A stretch of DNA of 64,000 bases from a virus, in the IMG/VR virus record IMGVR_UViG_3300028800_000060, positions 32,001 to 96,000 of that record; one strand, given 5' to 3'. The translations under genes were made by a program, and so were the position numbers. The notes below the pieces were generated by a model. That model did no database searches and had not been told where the DNA came from. It was given only the letters and a program-made list of their open reading frames with translations. This document shows positions 16,191 to 25,109 of this stretch, piece by piece (within the stretch, counting starts at the first letter, position 1; every line of letters begins with the position of its first letter).

Positions 16191-16221
16191 TAGTAAAATG
16201 ATGTTGATAGTTTACCGACTA

Positions 16222-16250
16222 TTGACATCCGGTGTAGTTAATGATACAAT
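16222..16250 (+). promoter_or_regulatory. Sigma70-type promoter (leaderless transcript)
   Basis: TTGACA-17 bp-TGnTACAAT; GTG start 6 nt later. Confidence 0.8.
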
Positions 16251-16256
16251 GAAATT

Positions 16257-16670
16257 GTGAAGATAATCAGACTTGGCTTTACTGGCACCAGAAAAGGAAT
16301 GACTGAAAGGCAAAAGAAAGAATTGTCTCTTTATTGCCGTTTATGGCAAAATTCTGGTAAAACAATTGAATGGCATCATGGATGTTGTATTGGTGCCGAT
16401 GTAGAATTTGATAATATCGTTCGTAATTACGAACGATATGGCCATTTACATCCTTCTAACAATACAAAAACATTTGTTGATTGTTTTGAAAATGGTGATA
16501 TTCTTTATCCAGAAAAACCACCATTAGTAAGAGATAGGGATATTGTGAATGCTGTTGAAATTTTAATTGCTGCCCCGTATCAAGAAAAAGAAATAATTCA
16601 CAGTGGAACTTGGACAACTGTTCGTTATGCGAAACAAAAAGGTATTGAGATTATTATTTTAAAAAGGTAA
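16257..16670 (+). CDS. SLOG-superfamily (DprA/YpsA-like) protein
   Basis: GFTGTR, HHGCCIGAD, SGTWTTVRYA. Confidence 0.8.
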   Translation: MKIIRLGFTGTRKGMTERQKKELSLYCRLWQNSGKTIEWHHGCCIGADVEFDNIVRNYERYGHLHPSNNTKTFVDCFENGDILYPEKPPLVRDRDIVNAVEILIAAPYQEKEIIHSGTWTTVRYAKQKGIEIIILKR

Positions 16671-16675
16671 AATGT

Positions 16676-16751
16676 AGCCACGTAGCCCAATTGGTATAGT
16701 CCTTGCCTTAGAAGCAAGTTAGTGTGGGTTCGAATCCCACCGTGGCTACCA
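16676..16751 (+). tRNA. tRNA with TAG anticodon (Leu) lacking the long variable arm
   Basis: AGCCACG/CGTGGCT-A-CCA, CTTGC-CTTAGAA-GCAAG, 5-nt variable loop. Confidence 0.85.
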
Positions 16752-16936
16752 AATATTATGGCAAAAAAGAACGAAAAACAAAAACGGTTTATCATTCATG
16801 AAAAATTAACAGAAGGATCTGAAACTACTAATAAAATTGGTTCTTATGACACATATGAGGAAGCTTGCAATACGGTAGAAAGGCTTCCCGTTTCTAGAAT
16901 TCCGTTTTGTTCTATTGAAGATACTGGTGTTATTTC

Positions 16937-17230
16937 ATGAAAGCATTAGATGTATTTAAAAGACCTGTTAGTGTTGGAGATTTTGTAGCTGCTGCTACGA
17001 CATGTTGCAAAAGCACATCTCTTAGAGTTGGAAAAGTTATCAATATTACTGAACAAGGAAATGTGTCCATTAAACTGCCAGGAAGAAAATGGGTAAACAA
17101 AACCAATTGTATTGGATTTCCAGTGCATGGATATGTAGATGCATTGGTTTCAGTAACAATACATGCGGGTAAGTTTATTATCATTTCTCCGGATTCTCTA
17201 CCGGAAGATTTCAAAAGTAAATTGATATAA
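16937..17230 (+). CDS. Hypothetical SH3/KOW-like protein
   Basis: DVFKRPVSVGDFV...GKV. Confidence 0.6.
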   Translation: MKALDVFKRPVSVGDFVAAATTCCKSTSLRVGKVINITEQGNVSIKLPGRKWVNKTNCIGFPVHGYVDALVSVTIHAGKFIIISPDSLPEDFKSKLI

Positions 17231-17237
17231 TAGTTTC

Positions 17238-17313
17238 GGGAGTTTCGTCTAATGGGAAGGATTCCTCCCTCCAAAGGAGTAAGACGGGTGTTCGAGTCAC
17301 CCAACTCCCGCCA
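17238..17313 (+). tRNA. tRNA-Trp(CCA)
   Basis: GGGAGTT/AACTCCC-G-CCA, loop CTCCAAA, GGGTG-TTCGAGT-CACCC. Confidence 0.9.
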
Positions 17314-17467
17314 TGGTTAATATTATGGAAACATACGAAAAAATTGATAAATTGCGGAATGTTTTGGATTTCTTAGTTGATACTCTGTCTAATAAGAAAA
17401 TTATTACAAGAGAAGAAGCCAAAAGATTCCATGAAGCATTGGATCGGGCTACAGAATAAATAGTTTT

Positions 17468-17938
17468 ATGGCAAAAATAATCGAAGCCCCAAATGTAGAT
17501 ACGAATAACCATATAAAATTATACTATACCATTTTCCTTGCTGGTTCCATTGAAAACGGAAAAGCAGAAAACTGGCAAGAAAAGCTAATAGAGACTCTTG
17601 TTAGATTTGATAATATAGTGATTCTCAATCCTCGCCGTAAACATTGGTCAGAACTAGAAAAGAATAATTTACGTTTTCAAATTGCATGGGAACAAGAAGG
17701 AATTGAAAAATCAGATCTTGTTGTTTTTTATTTTCATCCTGCAACCCAAAGTCCTATTAGTTTACTAGAATTGGGGCAATGTTTGGGATCTCATAAAAAA
17801 GTTATTGTTTATTGTCCACCAAATTTTTTCCGTTATACGAATGTGGAAATTACTTGTGAGCGGTATAGCATTAAACCTCACAAAGATTATCAGGTATTTA
17901 TTGCGGATATTATTAGTCATATATCGAGGTTTGCATGA
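17468..17938 (+). CDS. Nucleoside 2-deoxyribosyltransferase-like protein
   Basis: IFLAGSI, WQ, NPRR, QIAWE, SPISLLELG. Confidence 0.85.
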   Translation: MAKIIEAPNVDTNNHIKLYYTIFLAGSIENGKAENWQEKLIETLVRFDNIVILNPRRKHWSELEKNNLRFQIAWEQEGIEKSDLVVFYFHPATQSPISLLELGQCLGSHKKVIVYCPPNFFRYTNVEITCERYSIKPHKDYQVFIADIISHISRFA

Positions 17939-18228
17939 AGCCATTAACATTTGCAGATTATAATAAAGAAGTTAGAGATTTCCCAGGTGTCGTTATTCTA
18001 TTTTTTACAGCACCATGGGCCATACCGGCCTTAAAAACTGCGTCATTTCTACGTTCATCAAATTTAGAAATTAAAATATTTTCCGTAGATTATGATTCCC
18101 AACGAGAATTGGTATCACTATTTTCAGTTAGAGAATTACCTTTTGTTTACTGTTTACGAAATGGACAGGTTAATTCATTCGCATGGCATTGCGAAACGGA
18201 ATCTGAGTTGAAAGAATTATTGAAATGA
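17935..18228 (+). CDS. Thioredoxin-fold protein lacking CxxC
   Basis: FFTAPWAIPA in place of WCxPC; VDYD...FSVRELP. Confidence 0.7.
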   Translation: MKPLTFADYNKEVRDFPGVVILFFTAPWAIPALKTASFLRSSNLEIKIFSVDYDSQRELVSLFSVRELPFVYCLRNGQVNSFAWHCETESELKELLK

Positions 18229-18482
18229 TACGCGGAGCAAATAAAACACCACTCACATTTTTGGTCCTAATTTTGTGTTCGTTATTACAAACAACACCAG
18301 AACGAAGTGAGATGTACCAAGATTTGTGTGATTCATTAGGTGAACGTAGAGTGTTGAATAAAATTAATACCTTGGAAAAACATGGTTACGTTGATATCGG
18401 TGTTTCAACCAGAACCGCTTGGATCAATTCTAACGGAAAAGAGTTGTTAGATGACCTTAGAAAAATTTTTAGTCCTAAATAA
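18225..18482 (+). CDS. Winged-helix-like protein
   Basis: LEKHGYV...INSNGKELL. Confidence 0.55.
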   Translation: MIRGANKTPLTFLVLILCSLLQTTPERSEMYQDLCDSLGERRVLNKINTLEKHGYVDIGVSTRTAWINSNGKELLDDLRKIFSPK

Positions 18483-19227
18483 ATCAATCCTTTGTATTTC
18501 AGTTGCCGCTTCTCTCCTGGTTGTAACTCCCTTTATCGTTAACCGCCAATTGACAGCTTTTCGAAATGATGTTAATATACAATTGAGTAGTTTACGAAAC
18601 GATTCTAAAACATTGATTAATGAGCGGGCCGATAGTCTCCAATCGACTGTCGTTACTCTCTTCGATAAGACTAACGATAGAGTAAGTTCCCTTGAAAGGA
18701 ATACGTTTAATTTAGCAAATGATTTACGTGAAGATTCCTTTGGTGCGATTGGAGATGTTCGTAAAGATTTATTTGCGCGGGTCGATACATTAGGTGGTAC
18801 TCTAAATTCTAATCTCAATACGCAAATGTCTTCCTTGAATTCAACAATTGGAGATGTTGCTAAACCATACAAAGAGATGCCTGGTGTATTGGCTACACGG
18901 TTTGATAGGCAAACTGATTGTGACCATAACGCTTTATGTTGGCAAAATTTAACAACAGATGTTTTAACTAATTTCCGTTTTACTGGAAGAGATTTGAGTA
19001 CTTCAGCAAAAGTTTTTAGTGATGGATTTCCGGTTATAGAAACCGGTATACAAACATCGGTAACCAATTTTGCGTCTATAACTACAAATATTAATAAATT
19101 GACCACTCCAAAATGGTATGACAGACTTTTAGGTTATGGATTAAATGGTGTAATGATTTATCGAAATTTGAATCCCGTTACTAATTTGACAGTTAAGGGA
19201 ACGCAAGTGATATCTTCGTTGAAATAA
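18451..19227 (+). CDS. Membrane-anchored amphipathic helical protein
   Basis: N-terminal TM segment followed by apolipoprotein-like repeats. Confidence 0.6.
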   Translation: MTLEKFLVLNKSILCISVAASLLVVTPFIVNRQLTAFRNDVNIQLSSLRNDSKTLINERADSLQSTVVTLFDKTNDRVSSLERNTFNLANDLREDSFGAIGDVRKDLFARVDTLGGTLNSNLNTQMSSLNSTIGDVAKPYKEMPGVLATRFDRQTDCDHNALCWQNLTTDVLTNFRFTGRDLSTSAKVFSDGFPVIETGIQTSVTNFASITTNINKLTTPKWYDRLLGYGLNGVMIYRNLNPVTNLTVKGTQVISSLK

Positions 19228-19253
19228 ATACTAATATAGGAATGGCTGATTGA

Positions 19254-19619
19254 ATGACGACAATTTATAATGGTTTAGTCCAAAAAACATCAGAAGGACA
19301 ACAACCAATGTTGGAACAAACATCATGGGTAAAGATAAACAAACAATGCTATACCCTTGTCGACCAAAGTTTTAAAGTTTTTGCAATAATTACTACCGCT
19401 TATGATACAACAGATGGAGATGAATTATGTATTTGGGATGTAGAAATCGAAGGTGATGAATTTGGTTCTTATATAAGTTTGTACGCTGCAAAATTGGCAG
19501 TTCAAGAGGCCATAGCTCAATACGATGCGAAAGTAGCGGCGCAACAAAATCGGAAACAAAAGAAAAAGACTGTAGCAAAAAAGAAGACTGTAGAAAAAAA
19601 GAGTGTTAGTAGGAAATAA
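19254..19619 (+). CDS. Hypothetical protein with basic tail
   Basis: Preceded by ATAAATA; K-rich C terminus. Confidence 0.6.
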   Translation: MTTIYNGLVQKTSEGQQPMLEQTSWVKINKQCYTLVDQSFKVFAIITTAYDTTDGDELCIWDVEIEGDEFGSYISLYAAKLAVQEAIAQYDAKVAAQQNRKQKKKTVAKKKTVEKKSVSRK

Positions 19620-19778
19620 AATGAAAACATATGTCGTGGAATTAGAACGTAATTTACAATTAGTGCGTGTTGACGCATATAATATGGAAAGACTAGATGG
19701 TGATTTGGTTTTCTATAATAAATGCTATGAAGTGGTTGCGGCCTTTTCTAAAGGAAGTTGGAGCGTAGTTTTAAGTTC

Positions 19779-19807
19779 TTGACATTTTTATCGTAATTTG
19801 CTATATT
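19779..19807 (+). promoter_or_regulatory. Sigma70-type promoter of DNA polymerase (leaderless)
   Basis: TTGACA-17 bp-TGnTATATT; ATG 7 nt later, no SD. Confidence 0.75.
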
Positions 19808-19814
19808 ATTATTA

Positions 19815-22478
19815 ATGAGTCGAGTATACACTAATTGCCAGGTTTCAGGCAATCAAATCCTCCTAAAAGAAATTGAAGACGGAAAACGAAAGAGATACAG
19901 AGTTGATTATAAACCAACTCTGTATGTCTCTGGAAAGCCAAATAGTACTTGGCATACATTGTCTGGGTTGCCTGTCGAACCTCTCCAATTTGGAAGTATA
20001 AAAGAAGCACGTGAATTCGTGAAGATGAATGGGGAAGTTAAAGACTATCCTCTTTACGGAAACACAATGTTTCAATATGCCTTCATTTCGGATGAATATC
20101 CAGAGCATGAGATACATTATAACATAAACGATATTTGTATTATTTCTTTGGATATTGAGTGTGAAAGTGAAAGCGGTTTCACACAAGACGCAGCACAAGA
20201 AACTCCGGAACGTATCAATGTAATTACCATTAAAGAATTTGGAAAAGATATGTATTATGTCTTTACTATTTTGGATGGTGATATCTACAATTCTTCCAAT
20301 TGTTTTGTTCCCAAAAGTAAAAACATAACACATTATGAATATGACTCTGAAGCAGAAATGCTACAGGGTTTCCTTACTTTTTGGCGTAAATTAGATCCCG
20401 ATATTGTTACTGGATGGAACTCCAGATTCTTCGATATTCCTTACATTTATAACCGAATCGTAATGCTATTCGATGAAAAAATGGCCCGCAAATTATCTCC
20501 TTGGGGACAAGTTCAGGAAGAAATTGTTAATTTCATGATGCGGGATCATAAGTGTTATGCCATTAGCGGTATTTCACAATTAGATTATCTTCAGATCTAT
20601 CGAAAAAATGTACTTGATCCGCGCGAGAACTACAAATTAGATCATATCACTAAAGTAGAACTAGGTGAAGGAAAAGTTGATTGGCGCGAAAAATACGACA
20701 CAATGAAGGAATTCTACCATAAAGATTTCCAATGGTTCGTAGAATACAATATCCAAGATGTTCGTTTGATTGAGATGTTGGAAAAGAAACGCTCATTGAT
20801 AAATCTTATCGTCAATGTTGCGTATATGACCAAGACCAATTATGTGGATGTTTTGGCACAAACCCGTATCTGGGATGTATTCATTTACAATTGGCTTAAA
20901 GAGGAAAAGATTGTTATTCCTCAAAAAGAATTCCAGTTTAAAAATGACCAATTTGTTGGTGCATATGTTAAAGACCCCCTACCTGGTTTATACAATAATG
21001 TGGTATCATTTGACGTAGCATCTCTTTATCCAAATATCATTCGTGTTTTGAATATTGGACCAGAAACTAAAAATACCGACCATCGTTTACAATTAACTCC
21101 TGAAGATTACCTTAATGAAACGGATAATTGGGAAGAAGCATTTGGTTATGCGACTTCGAATAATTGTAGTATAGCATCAAATGGAGTTTTCTACAGTAAG
21201 GAAAAATTAAGTTTTTATAGTCGTATGGTTGCGACTTTGTTTACCAATAGAAAGAAATACCAAGCTGAAGTTAAAAAAGCAAAGAGTGAACTGGAAAATT
21301 GTGCTGATCCAAAACGTAAAGAAGAACTTGGAAATATTGTAGCATCATTCGACATCAAACAAAAAGCTACCAAAATTATGATGAATTCGTTGTATGGTGC
21401 TTTTGGTAGCCAGTATTTTAGATATTACGATTTAGATAATGCGGTGGCTGTTACAGCCACCGGCCAATTTATAATTCAGTATATCCAACAGGGAATAAAT
21501 GAATATTTCAATGATCTATTCAAGACTGATAAAGTTGATTTTGTTATCTATTCCGATACAGATTCTGTTTACGTTTCTTTAGATAAAATTACCCAACATG
21601 TTTTTAAAGGGAAAAAGATAGAAAAAGTCAAATTGATCCAATTTATGGATAAAATCTGTAAAGATAAATTGGAACCAAAAATTGATAAATTATTTGAAAA
21701 TATAACCCATTCGTTTATTAATGGCATGCGTGCTGAGAAACCTATTCTTAGTATGAAGCGCGAGGTTATTTCTGATCGTAGTATCTTTGCTTCCAAAAAA
21801 CATTACATTTTACAAGTATGGAATTCAGAAGGGGAAAATTATTATGAATGTGATGATTGCCATAATAAGTTCTCCGGTTTTTCTGAGGTAGCACCACATT
21901 GTAATAAATGCAAGAGTGAAAAAACCAAACGAGTACCCAAATTAAAAATTATGGGTTTCGATATGGTTAAATCAAGTTTGCCACAATTTTCAAAAGATGC
22001 TATGAAAACAGCGGTGAACATTGTTATGACCGGTACTCAAAGTGAATTAGCGGATTATATTGAGAGTACTAGATTGAAATTTATGAAATTGCCGGTAGAG
22101 GATGTTTCTTGTCCTCGCGGCGCTAATAATCTTGAAAAGTGGAGTGATGACGAAGATACGTATACAAAAGGAACACCTCTTCCCGTAAAAGGTGTTTTAC
22201 TCTTCAATGAATATTTGGTTAAATTAGGATTACAAGCCAAATATCCACCAATTGCATCTTCAGAAAAAATTAAATTTGTTTACTTAAAACAACCAAATCC
22301 GATACATGATAAGGTTATAGCATTTAATGGTAAACTTCCTGAAGAATTTGGTTTGCACAAATATATTGACCACAACAAAATGTTTGAGTTAACAATATTG
22401 CAACCTATTTCAAAAATTTTAGATCCAATTGGTTGGTCTACAGAAAAATCCTACGATATGGAAAAATTCTTTAAATAA
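19815..22478 (+). CDS. 43: Family B DNA polymerase (T4 gp43-like) with zinc-ribbon insertion
   Basis: DIE exo I, SFDVASLYP, KIMMNSLYGAFG, YSDTDS, KKHY; C-terminal clamp motif MEKFF. Confidence 0.97.
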   Translation: MSRVYTNCQVSGNQILLKEIEDGKRKRYRVDYKPTLYVSGKPNSTWHTLSGLPVEPLQFGSIKEAREFVKMNGEVKDYPLYGNTMFQYAFISDEYPEHEIHYNINDICIISLDIECESESGFTQDAAQETPERINVITIKEFGKDMYYVFTILDGDIYNSSNCFVPKSKNITHYEYDSEAEMLQGFLTFWRKLDPDIVTGWNSRFFDIPYIYNRIVMLFDEKMARKLSPWGQVQEEIVNFMMRDHKCYAISGISQLDYLQIYRKNVLDPRENYKLDHITKVELGEGKVDWREKYDTMKEFYHKDFQWFVEYNIQDVRLIEMLEKKRSLINLIVNVAYMTKTNYVDVLAQTRIWDVFIYNWLKEEKIVIPQKEFQFKNDQFVGAYVKDPLPGLYNNVVSFDVASLYPNIIRVLNIGPETKNTDHRLQLTPEDYLNETDNWEEAFGYATSNNCSIASNGVFYSKEKLSFYSRMVATLFTNRKKYQAEVKKAKSELENCADPKRKEELGNIVASFDIKQKATKIMMNSLYGAFGSQYFRYYDLDNAVAVTATGQFIIQYIQQGINEYFNDLFKTDKVDFVIYSDTDSVYVSLDKITQHVFKGKKIEKVKLIQFMDKICKDKLEPKIDKLFENITHSFINGMRAEKPILSMKREVISDRSIFASKKHYILQVWNSEGENYYECDDCHNKFSGFSEVAPHCNKCKSEKTKRVPKLKIMGFDMVKSSLPQFSKDAMKTAVNIVMTGTQSELADYIESTRLKFMKLPVEDVSCPRGANNLEKWSDDEDTYTKGTPLPVKGVLLFNEYLVKLGLQAKYPPIASSEKIKFVYLKQPNPIHDKVIAFNGKLPEEFGLHKYIDHNKMFELTILQPISKILDPIGWSTEKSYDMEKFFK

Positions 22479-22481
22479 AAA

Positions 22482-22907
22482 ATGGAAAAAGAAATTTTAA
22501 AACAAACAGAAACCCCCACGATAATTTGGCCACCTAATACTGTAAAAGAAGTAGTTAAAATGCGAGATTTTGGAACAGGTGCCACCCGTGATAATGAAGA
22601 CGGAAAATTAGATTTTGAAGCATGTTGTAGTCCACTTGTGGAAGAACGTTTTGCTGAATATATGTTACAATGTAGTTATCTGCCTGATGGTACTAGGCGA
22701 GCAGATGATAATTGGCAAAATGGGATTCCCAAAACCTCGTACATGAAATCACTCAAACGTCATATTCATGATGTGTGGAAGCTTCATAGAGGATATAAAA
22801 CAACAGACGGAAAGACTGGTAAACCAGTTGATATGGAAACAGCTTTATGTGCCGTTCTTTTTAATGTCAATGGTTATTTACATGAGATTTTGAAAGAGAG
22901 AAAATGA
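22482..22907 (+). CDS. dATP/dGTP diphosphohydrolase-like protein (DUF5664)
   Basis: FGTGATRD..GKLDF, DNWQNGIP, SLKRH, ALCAVLFN. Confidence 0.8.
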   Translation: MEKEILKQTETPTIIWPPNTVKEVVKMRDFGTGATRDNEDGKLDFEACCSPLVEERFAEYMLQCSYLPDGTRRADDNWQNGIPKTSYMKSLKRHIHDVWKLHRGYKTTDGKTGKPVDMETALCAVLFNVNGYLHEILKERK

Positions 22908-22908
22908 T

Positions 22909-23583
22909 ATGCAGCAAATTACGGAATTGACTGGTGAAGCTTTATATAATCGTGAATTGAAAAGTGGGACGCCAAATGGATCTTATGAAAAGGGAACATA
23001 TATGGTTACATACACTGGTAAGCATATTTTTCCTTTAGATCCAAATCCCGATGATATCGATATTAAAGATATCGCACATGCTCTATCAAATAATTGCCGT
23101 TTTGGTGGGCATGTGAGACAATTTTATTCTGTTGCCCAACATTGTGTAATTGTTAGTCAGTTATGTGAACCTGAAAATGCTCTTGGTGGTTTATTGCATG
23201 ATGCATCCGAAGCATATTTGAGTGATATTATTCGTCCGGTAAAGTATACCGAACGAATGAAGGGATATTTAGAAATTGAACGCCAATTAGAAAAAGTAAT
23301 TGCTAAAAGATTTTCTATACCTTTCCCCATGACGGAAGATATTAAATATGCGGATGACATGGCATTGATTGCTGAAGGATATGCATTATTCAAGCCTATT
23401 CCTGATTGGGTTTTTCGTAGATTACAAGGTTCTGGATTATCTGAACCATTGTACCAACTTGAAACTTGTTGGACACCCCTAGTTGCGAAGGGTATGTTTT
23501 TGAAACGTTTTATGGAATTAAAGGGTGTTAAAATTTCTGTTCCCACACAAGAGGAGATAGATGCCGCGACCAAAGAAAATTAA
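22909..23583 (+). CDS. HD-domain 5'-deoxynucleotidase (YfdR/YfbR-like)
   Basis: DIAHALS..CRFGGH, YSVAQH, LLHDASEAYLSD, IKYAD. Confidence 0.9.
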   Translation: MQQITELTGEALYNRELKSGTPNGSYEKGTYMVTYTGKHIFPLDPNPDDIDIKDIAHALSNNCRFGGHVRQFYSVAQHCVIVSQLCEPENALGGLLHDASEAYLSDIIRPVKYTERMKGYLEIERQLEKVIAKRFSIPFPMTEDIKYADDMALIAEGYALFKPIPDWVFRRLQGSGLSEPLYQLETCWTPLVAKGMFLKRFMELKGVKISVPTQEEIDAATKEN

Positions 23584-24790
23584 AGAAAAAAAGGTAAAAA
23601 TACCTAAAGCTCCCCGAGAAAAAAAAATCCAAAGAATTAAGAAAGTTGCTTCAAATGATGGATTCTTTTCCTCATTAGTTGCAGCAACCGGAAATGAATT
23701 AGCATCGGCAGCATCGAATGGTATTGCTGCGGGTGATGTTACCGGATGGATCGACACCGGTGTTTATTACCTAAATGCCCAATTATCGGGTTCATTGTAT
23801 GGTGGTATTCCCGATAATAAGATTGTTGTGTTTGCGGGTCTGTCAGGTGTAGGAAAAACTTTCTTTGTGTTGAGCATAGTAAAATATTACCTCGATACGC
23901 ATCCTACTGGTGGTGTAATGTTTTTTGAGAGTGAAAGTGCTATTTCCAAGAAAATGTTGGAAGATCGTGGCATTGACACTAAGAGAGTATTCATTATTCC
24001 CGTTTCTACAATCCAAGAATGGAGAACACAGGCCCTTAAAGTTTTGGCGAAATACAAGTCTGTGGCCGAAGAGAAACGCCAACCAATGTTGTATTGCTTG
24101 GACTCTTTGGGTATGTTGTCTACCACCAAAGAGATGGAAGATTCTGAATCGGGTTCAGAAAAAGCGGATATGACCCGAGCCAAGATAATTAAGGCAGCAT
24201 TCCGAACACTGACATTGAAATTAGGTGTTCTTGGTGTTCCATTTATCATAACAAATCACACCTATGAGACACAGGGATTATTTTCTAAGAAAGTTCAAAG
24301 CGGAGGTTCCGGCGTACAATATGCGAATTCAATGACCGTGATGCTCGGTAAATCAACCGAGAAAGAGGGAGATGAAGTTGTTGGTGCCGTCCTCTACAGT
24401 CAATTAGAAAAGGGACGTCTCACAAAAGAGAAAACCAAAATTGAAATCAAACTGAGATATACAACAGGATTGGATAGGTATTACGGTTTACTAGATCTTG
24501 CTGAGAAGTACGGTATCGCCGTCAAAAAGAAGAAGGATAAAGATCCTTCCGATAAGAAGAAAACTGGATTAGAAGCCTTGAAGGAAAAGAAAAAGGCGAA
24601 GAGTGGAGATTTCACTATGGGAGGCCAAACGGCTTCAGATAAGGAAATTTACGCAAATCCTGAAAAGTACTTTACACCTGAGGTTATGGCTGATTTAGAA
24701 ATTGCCGCAGCTAAAGAATTTAATTATGGTATTTCTGTTGAGATAGGTGCCACGGATGAGGAACCCGTAATAGAACAAGATGAACTCTAA
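23561..24790 (+). CDS. uvsX: UvsX RecA-like recombinase
   Basis: IDTG, AGLSGVGKT, FESE, DSLGML, DMTRAK, NHTY, SGGSG. Confidence 0.95.
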   Translation: MPRPKKIKEKKVKIPKAPREKKIQRIKKVASNDGFFSSLVAATGNELASAASNGIAAGDVTGWIDTGVYYLNAQLSGSLYGGIPDNKIVVFAGLSGVGKTFFVLSIVKYYLDTHPTGGVMFFESESAISKKMLEDRGIDTKRVFIIPVSTIQEWRTQALKVLAKYKSVAEEKRQPMLYCLDSLGMLSTTKEMEDSESGSEKADMTRAKIIKAAFRTLTLKLGVLGVPFIITNHTYETQGLFSKKVQSGGSGVQYANSMTVMLGKSTEKEGDEVVGAVLYSQLEKGRLTKEKTKIEIKLRYTTGLDRYYGLLDLAEKYGIAVKKKKDKDPSDKKKTGLEALKEKKKAKSGDFTMGGQTASDKEIYANPEKYFTPEVMADLEIAAAKEFNYGISVEIGATDEEPVIEQDEL

Positions 24791-25109
24791 AATATTACCA
24801 GACGGATATTACACGCGCGATGAAGCAAATCCTTACCTCATTAGGCTCCGTATGGGGCCTTTTGAGGGCCTTTTGATTCAGATTTGTGAAGGAATCAAAA
24901 TTCGAAAAGAAATTTTGACTTCCACCCCACAACTGTTGTATGATTATCGTATACTTCATTATGGGCATCTTAGTGCTCATGAGTGCGAAACTTCTAAATC
25001 TCTTTCCCGTATTATTGCTGCCATTGCTGTAGAATTGGTTTCTGTTGACATACAGAATGGAACTAAAATAGAAAGCGTCACATGCCCGAGTCCCGGATCG
25101 AAACGATAA
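24780..25109 (+). CDS. Hypothetical protein between uvsX and 41
   Basis: IRLRMGPFEG; position of T4 gene 40. Confidence 0.55.
   Translation: MNSKILPDGYYTRDEANPYLIRLRMGPFEGLLIQICEGIKIRKEILTSTPQLLYDYRILHYGHLSAHECETSKSLSRIIAAIAVELVSVDIQNGTKIESVTCPSPGSKR

Noticed and set aside
18447-19106. 219-aa minus-strand ORF
   Set aside because: Antisense shadow of the plus-strand gene 18451-19227, with no motifs or expression signals.
21840-21936. Intein in DNA polymerase
   Set aside because: Too short and lacks the N-terminal C/S block and the HN-C/S/T end.
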